Below are positions 59,585 to 64,000 of a DNA stretch of 64,000 nt, piece by piece. The position numbers were made by a program, and so were the translations under genes. The number at the start of each line of letters is the position of its first letter. Positions within the stretch are counted from its first letter, which is position 1. Under the pieces are notes generated by a model. That model searched no databases, was not told where the DNA came from, and was given only the letters and a program-made list of their open reading frames with translations. The DNA is from a virus: IMG/VR virus record IMGVR_UViG_3300035670_000055, positions 1 through 64,000 of that record; one strand, written 5' to 3'.

Positions 59585-60010
59585 TTACAAAATCTCATCT
59601 GTTAAAGTTTTATCTTTTTCTAATTGTTCTAATTTATTATTTAGAATTTTTGTAGCTCCTATTATTCCAGATAATTCAGCTTCTTTTCTTGTTTTGTGTC
59701 TTGTGGGTTTTTCATCCTCCATATAAGAAAAGAATAAATTGTTATCTGGAATAATTTTTATAAATATTTTATTTTCATCAAATACATCAAACATCATTCT
59801 AGGATTAATATTAATTAATTCTACAAATGTTTTTTCTGCTAATGTATCTTCTATATATTGTTCTATTTGTTCTTTTGTTAATTCTGTTCCCTGGAAAGAA
59901 TTTAACATCTGTTGTTTAAACCAATTTAATATAACTGGTTTTGCAAATTGTGATTCGTTTAATAATTCTACTGTATACATGCTATTTAATTTTTTTAATT
60001 CCATTGTCAT
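59585..60010 (-). CDS. hypothetical protein
   Basis: 141-aa ORF. Confidence 0.6.
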   Translation of the reverse strand: MTMELKKLNSMYTVELLNESQFAKPVILNWFKQQMLNSFQGTELTKEQIEQYIEDTLAEKTFVELININPRMMFDVFDENKIFIKIIPDNNLFFSYMEDEKPTRHKTRKEAELSGIIGATKILNNKLEQLEKDKTLTDEIL

Positions 60011-60239
60011 CTAATGTTTCTAATAATTTACTACATTGTAATAATGTATCAATATGTTCTGAGTTGTTACTTTCTTCATCATTAAATTGGTCATCTTCAG
60101 ATAATCTTTCTATTACCCATTGTAATTTACAAAATAACACCTCAGGAACTTCCCAATATTTTCCTGTTTCTTCATCCTTCCAATTATCCCAAGATATTTC
60201 CTGAGATATTTCTTCTATTGCTTTTTTATAAAGATTCAT
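59982..60239 (-). CDS. hypothetical protein
   Basis: 85-aa acidic ORF, TAATG-coupled. Confidence 0.55.
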   Translation of the reverse strand: MNLYKKAIEEISQEISWDNWKDEETGKYWEVPEVLFCKLQWVIERLSEDDQFNDEESNNSEHIDTLLQCSKLLETLDDNGIKKIK

Positions 60240-60442
60240 TATATTACTTCTTTTGTTAATTCTTTATATTTATTTTTCCACCAAGCATATTCATATTCAT
60301 ATTCGTTAGCTTCATTTGGAAATTTTTTATTAAAATCGTTCATTAATAATTGATTTTTATGAGTTTCCATTCTCACATATTTAATTGCATCTTCTATTCC
60401 GAATTTTGCAATAATTTCATCTAAGATAAATTGATTAAACAT
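60239..60442 (-). CDS. hypothetical protein
   Basis: 67-aa ORF, packed between neighbours. Confidence 0.55.
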   Translation of the reverse strand: MFNQFILDEIIAKFGIEDAIKYVRMETHKNQLLMNDFNKKFPNEANEYEYEYAWWKNKYKELTKEVI

Positions 60443-60978
60443 ATTATTTTATTATTTAAGGTTTCTGATTCTTCTTTAAATTTATACAAAAGTTCATATT
60501 CTTCTTTAAACTGTACATCTAATATTTCTTCCCAATATTTTAATAAATCTTCTGTTTTATTGAATATTCTATATTGTAAAGAAACTTCTTCTTTGTTATA
60601 ACCTTTTATAGATATAATAAGTTTTTCAGGAAATAATTTTTGAAATTCTTTAGATGTTTTTGAATATTTTCCTTGTTTAATTAATTCAAAATCATTTTTA
60701 AAATTGTTATCTAATTGATATACTAAAACTATGTGTTTATTATCATAATTATAATCATCAATTAATTCTTGTGTTCTTTCATATTCTGAATCTACAAACT
60801 CTCTAAATATATCAATATTTTCAGGTTTAAATAAAAGATATACAGCATTTTCATACTGTACATCTCTATTTAAATCCTTTATATAACCATTTATAAAATT
60901 ATTTTTTTCTAATTGTTCTTTAGGAATCTTCAATGTAGGAACCATAAATATGGAAGTAATTGTCTTCTCTAATTTCAT
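60421..60978 (-). CDS. conserved crAss-like hypothetical protein
   Basis: 185 aa; GKYSK.S motif; ATGA overlap with the exonuclease gene. Confidence 0.65.
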   Translation of the reverse strand: MKLEKTITSIFMVPTLKIPKEQLEKNNFINGYIKDLNRDVQYENAVYLLFKPENIDIFREFVDSEYERTQELIDDYNYDNKHIVLVYQLDNNFKNDFELIKQGKYSKTSKEFQKLFPEKLIISIKGYNKEEVSLQYRIFNKTEDLLKYWEEILDVQFKEEYELLYKFKEESETLNNKIICLINLS

Positions 60979-62042
60979 ACAGATTTAATATTTACTATTC
61001 CTTTTTTTAAATAATTACTTTTTGATATATTCCAGATATTCATGTCCATAGCCCATTTTAATTCATCAATTAAATATTTTACACCTGGATAAGTTTTTCC
61101 TTTATGAACAAACCCTTCATAAGCATCTTTCATATCTTCATCAGAAAGTGTATATACCAATGGATTATAATAATTTGTGCTATCACAAACAATAAATTGT
61201 AAAGGCTTCACTGTATATCCATATAATTCACTATTTTCATCTAACGTTAAATGTTTTGTAGCATAATAATATAGATAAGCTTGGATATATGCTCTTCTAT
61301 ATAAATAGTATTCTTCATAGAAATTTTCTACAGACCATGTACATTTTAAATCATAAGGTTGAATTATTTTTTCTTGATGGTCTACAATTACTTTATCCAT
61401 CATTGACTTAAATAAATGACCATCAACTTCATATGCTTCCACTTGAAGCTGATCATATACACTATATCTGGAACTATTTACAAGATTAACAATATCTTTT
61501 GTGGCAAAATTATTTCTTAATTCTGATACAATATTTTCAGCATGTGTTACATCTTGAGAAGTTACAACAGTGAGATTATTTGCTCTCACCTTTCTAATTT
61601 CATTATAATAAATTTCTGCATCAGAACCTATGAACTTTTTTATTATATTTTCATAACTTCCATTTCCTTTTCCACTATATCCACAATCTGCAAAAGCAGC
61701 TTTAGAAATTTCTTCAAATGTTTTTGTAACATTCCCAAATTCATCTGTAGCATCTATAGTTTCTCTATATAAATTTTCTACAAAAGTTACCATATTTCCT
61801 GTAGGAGAAGTAGCACAAGCAGACATGTAAAATCTTTTATCAAATTCATCTTCTTCCATTAATATAGTTTCTACAAGTCTTCCCATAATAGCAGCTTGAG
61901 AATCTTTATCTTCTACATTCTTTCCTAAATAATATTTATTATAATATTTCTTCCTGTCCATTGAAAATTCTTTCAATGAACTAGAACTGTCTAATAATAT
62001 TGCTCTATAAACAGCTTCTGTTTTTGCTTGTCCTTTAATCAT
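60975..62042 (-). CDS. PD-(D/E)xK exonuclease (RecE/Exo VIII-like)
   Basis: SSSSLK, G.LVE, KSMMD...YDLK, Y.QAY.Y. Confidence 0.8.
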   Translation of the reverse strand: MIKGQAKTEAVYRAILLDSSSSLKEFSMDRKKYYNKYYLGKNVEDKDSQAAIMGRLVETILMEEDEFDKRFYMSACATSPTGNMVTFVENLYRETIDATDEFGNVTKTFEEISKAAFADCGYSGKGNGSYENIIKKFIGSDAEIYYNEIRKVRANNLTVVTSQDVTHAENIVSELRNNFATKDIVNLVNSSRYSVYDQLQVEAYEVDGHLFKSMMDKVIVDHQEKIIQPYDLKCTWSVENFYEEYYLYRRAYIQAYLYYYATKHLTLDENSELYGYTVKPLQFIVCDSTNYYNPLVYTLSDEDMKDAYEGFVHKGKTYPGVKYLIDELKWAMDMNIWNISKSNYLKKGIVNIKSV

Positions 62043-62165
62043 TTTTATTATATTTAATTAACACATTTTCTGAAATTGCTAAATTAACTAAATTTTTAAT
62101 AATTTTAAATACTCCTTCTACATAAAGATTTTTATCAACCAACTCTTGTTTACAATCTTGTTCTA

Positions 62166-62360
62166 TTATTTTTTTATTATTAAAAATAAAAAATCAAGAT
62201 TGTCCCAAAAACAAAATTCTTTATTTGATACATTAACACTTGTTATCTCAATATATCCAATATTATCATTAGAGTTTGAAAAATCATCTAAATCTACTGA
62301 TAACTTTATGTTTATATTTTCAATATCTACATCATAAACTTTACTTCTATATATTTTCAT
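62166..62360 (-). CDS. hypothetical protein
   Basis: 64-aa ORF. Confidence 0.4.
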   Translation of the reverse strand: MKIYRSKVYDVDIENINIKLSVDLDDFSNSNDNIGYIEITSVNVSNKEFCFWDNLDFLFLIIKK

Positions 62361-62378
62361 AATCTTTAATATTATAAT

Positions 62379-62651
62379 TTAATTAAAAGTTGAAAAATCG
62401 TTTGTGAATAATAATTGATCTTCTTTACCACAAATTTCTTCTCTTATAGAAACATAAAATGGTTCTGTTGAAGTATCATTATCTTCATAGATTTTTATAT
62501 CTTTTTTGTCCCACTCACTTTCAGGAATTTCTTCAATTTTATAATCATTGAAAACTCCTATTTCTTCAGATAAAAATGTAATAGCATCTTCTATGTTTTC
62601 AGCATAAATTGCATAAAAATAATTTTCAATTGTAATTTTAAATACTTTCAT
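62379..62651 (-). CDS. hypothetical acidic protein
   Basis: 90-aa ORF. Confidence 0.55.
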   Translation of the reverse strand: MKVFKITIENYFYAIYAENIEDAITFLSEEIGVFNDYKIEEIPESEWDKKDIKIYEDNDTSTEPFYVSIREEICGKEDQLLFTNDFSTFN

Positions 62652-62943
62652 AATTTCTAATATTTATTAATTTACCATCCCAAGGAATATTATTTAAATA
62701 TAATTGTCCTTTCTTAGTTCCTAACCTAACTTCAGTTAAACCATTTAATCTGTTTCTAGTAGTTACACTATTCCAGCCTGCTGTAGTGATAAATAACTCA
62801 TTAACTTCATCTAACGTTGCGATTACATTATTAAATAATTTTAGATAAGTTTTTCCTTCTTTATTTTCTACAATCATATTAGATTTTTTAAAAGGCTTCC
62901 TATTATAGAAAGCCTTTATTGATTCTTTTGTTATTTTTCTCAT
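62638..62943 (-). CDS. conserved phage hypothetical protein
   Basis: L.NN.IA...GW.S.TT..RLN.L motif. Confidence 0.65.
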   Translation of the reverse strand: MRKITKESIKAFYNRKPFKKSNMIVENKEGKTYLKLFNNVIATLDEVNELFITTAGWNSVTTRNRLNGLTEVRLGTKKGQLYLNNIPWDGKLINIRNYESI

Positions 62944-63125
62944 TATTCTATTTTAAGATTTAATTTATCTACAATCATATAATGACAATCTGAATGGAGA
63001 ATTAAATTTCCATCTCCATCTGTCATATCTTCTGCACAATCCCAAATATTTTCATCATAATCTTTTATTAACACTTCTCCTGTAGAATAATATAAAATAA
63101 TTATTTTTTTAATATTTTCGTTCAT
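62943..63125 (-). CDS. hypothetical protein
   Basis: ATG 63125 (MNENIK); TAATG-coupled to the next gene. Confidence 0.5.
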   Translation of the reverse strand: MNENIKKIIILYYSTGEVLIKDYDENIWDCAEDMTDGDGNLILHSDCHYMIVDKLNLKIE

Positions 63126-63129
63126 AATT

Positions 63130-63999
63130 TTATAATTCAATTTTGTTATCAATAAAATACCTGTAAGGAATGAATCCTTTAAAATTGTTACACCATCCTT
63201 TTTCCCCACTGTCATCTTCAATAAACCAATATTGATTCTCTGTATTGTCCATCAATGTAACTTCATGTTTACCTTTTCTAAAAGATTCATATTCTTCATC
63301 ACTCATAGCTCTTGCACAATGTTCCATAGGTGAAGAGTGAGGTGGATCATAAGCAATTAATTTATCATGCAATTCAATCCATTTTTCATAAGATTTTACT
63401 GCTTCTCCACCAACAATAGTATAAGAAGTATGTGCTGACATTGCTGTAGAAATTTTTATAAATTCATCAACAGGTATTTCTGTCTCAGGAACATACCCCT
63501 TATTTTTAATATATAAATTTATTATTTCAATTGCAAAAGGAATATGCCATTCTCCAGGTTTTAACTGTATAGGTGTACTTTCATTCATAGCATCATAAAT
63601 CTCTTCAGCAAGAGCCATCATGTGAATTTCTGCTTGACCTTTGTTTATTTGTAACCATTTTAAATCTAATTCTTTCTTTGGAAGACCTGTTAATTTTCTT
63701 TCGTTAAAAGAATCTATAAATTCTTTCCTGCTTTTATATGATATATTTTCTTGTGTTATATCTATATATTGAGGACATCTCAAATGAAAAAAATTATTCC
63801 ATCCTTCTTTACTACCTGTAATTAACATAGTAGTCCACATGAAAGGTTCAAGAAGTCTATTTGCTAATTGTTTAGTTATTAAAGAATCTTCATATAAATG
63901 TTTAGCTTGTTCCACAGCAAAATCTCTCGCTCTTAACCAATTTCTTTCTGCTCTGGCTTTATAATTTATATCTCCAACATTACCTTCTCCTGTATGGTA
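63130..63999 (-). CDS. thyX: FAD-dependent thymidylate synthase, phage type (5' truncated by window)
   Basis: KQLANRLLEPF, W.NFF.LR, Q.EI..LA, WH.PF, H.SP.EH; frame open to the window edge. Confidence 0.8.
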   Translation of the reverse strand, partial: YHTGEGNVGDINYKARAERNWLRARDFAVEQAKHLYEDSLITKQLANRLLEPFMWTTMLITGSKEGWNNFFHLRCPQYIDITQENISYKSRKEFIDSFNERKLTGLPKKELDLKWLQINKGQAEIHMMALAEEIYDAMNESTPIQLKPGEWHIPFAIEIINLYIKNKGYVPETEIPVDEFIKISTAMSAHTSYTIVGGEAVKSYEKWIELHDKLIAYDPPHSSPMEHCARAMSDEEYESFRKGKHEVTLMDNTENQYWFIEDDSGEKGWCNNFKGFIPYRYFIDNKIEL

Positions 64000-64000
64000 T

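Noticed and set aside
1-64000. tRNA, rRNA or CRISPR arrays
   Set aside because: Intergenic gaps are short and AT-rich; no cloverleaf or repeat array was recognised by eye.

Overview
The window is a 64-kb, very AT-rich segment of a crAss-like (Crassvirales-type) podophage genome. The host is probably in the Bacteroidota, judged from TTG...TAnnTTTG promoters and the lack of Shine-Dalgarno sites; the genetic code is standard. The + strand (1-51029) carries late genes: the end of a capsid-associated gene, fibre proteins, a metallophosphoesterase, tail ring/IHF/muzzle genes, six large internal (ejected) proteins including the virion RNA polymerase (DFDID motif), more fibres, a lysis cassette and an accessory cluster. 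The - strand (51059-64000) carries GT2, GroES-like, dUTPase, RecA, intein-containing class II RNR, a PD-(D/E)xK exonuclease and a partial ThyX. The two arms meet at a bidirectional terminator. Three hypotheses stand out. (1) A phage-encoded, mucin-like protein O-glycosylation system: an HPAT/SERGT1-like glycosyltransferase plus a GT2, with poly-Thr tags on at least five small or virion proteins. (2) Three giant, nearly Cys-free ejected proteins carry Cys at exactly their adjoining termini, suggesting head-to-tail chaining. (3) Three free-standing homing endonucleases each appear to supply a replacement gene end rather than splicing. All family calls come from motif recognition; no database search was run.
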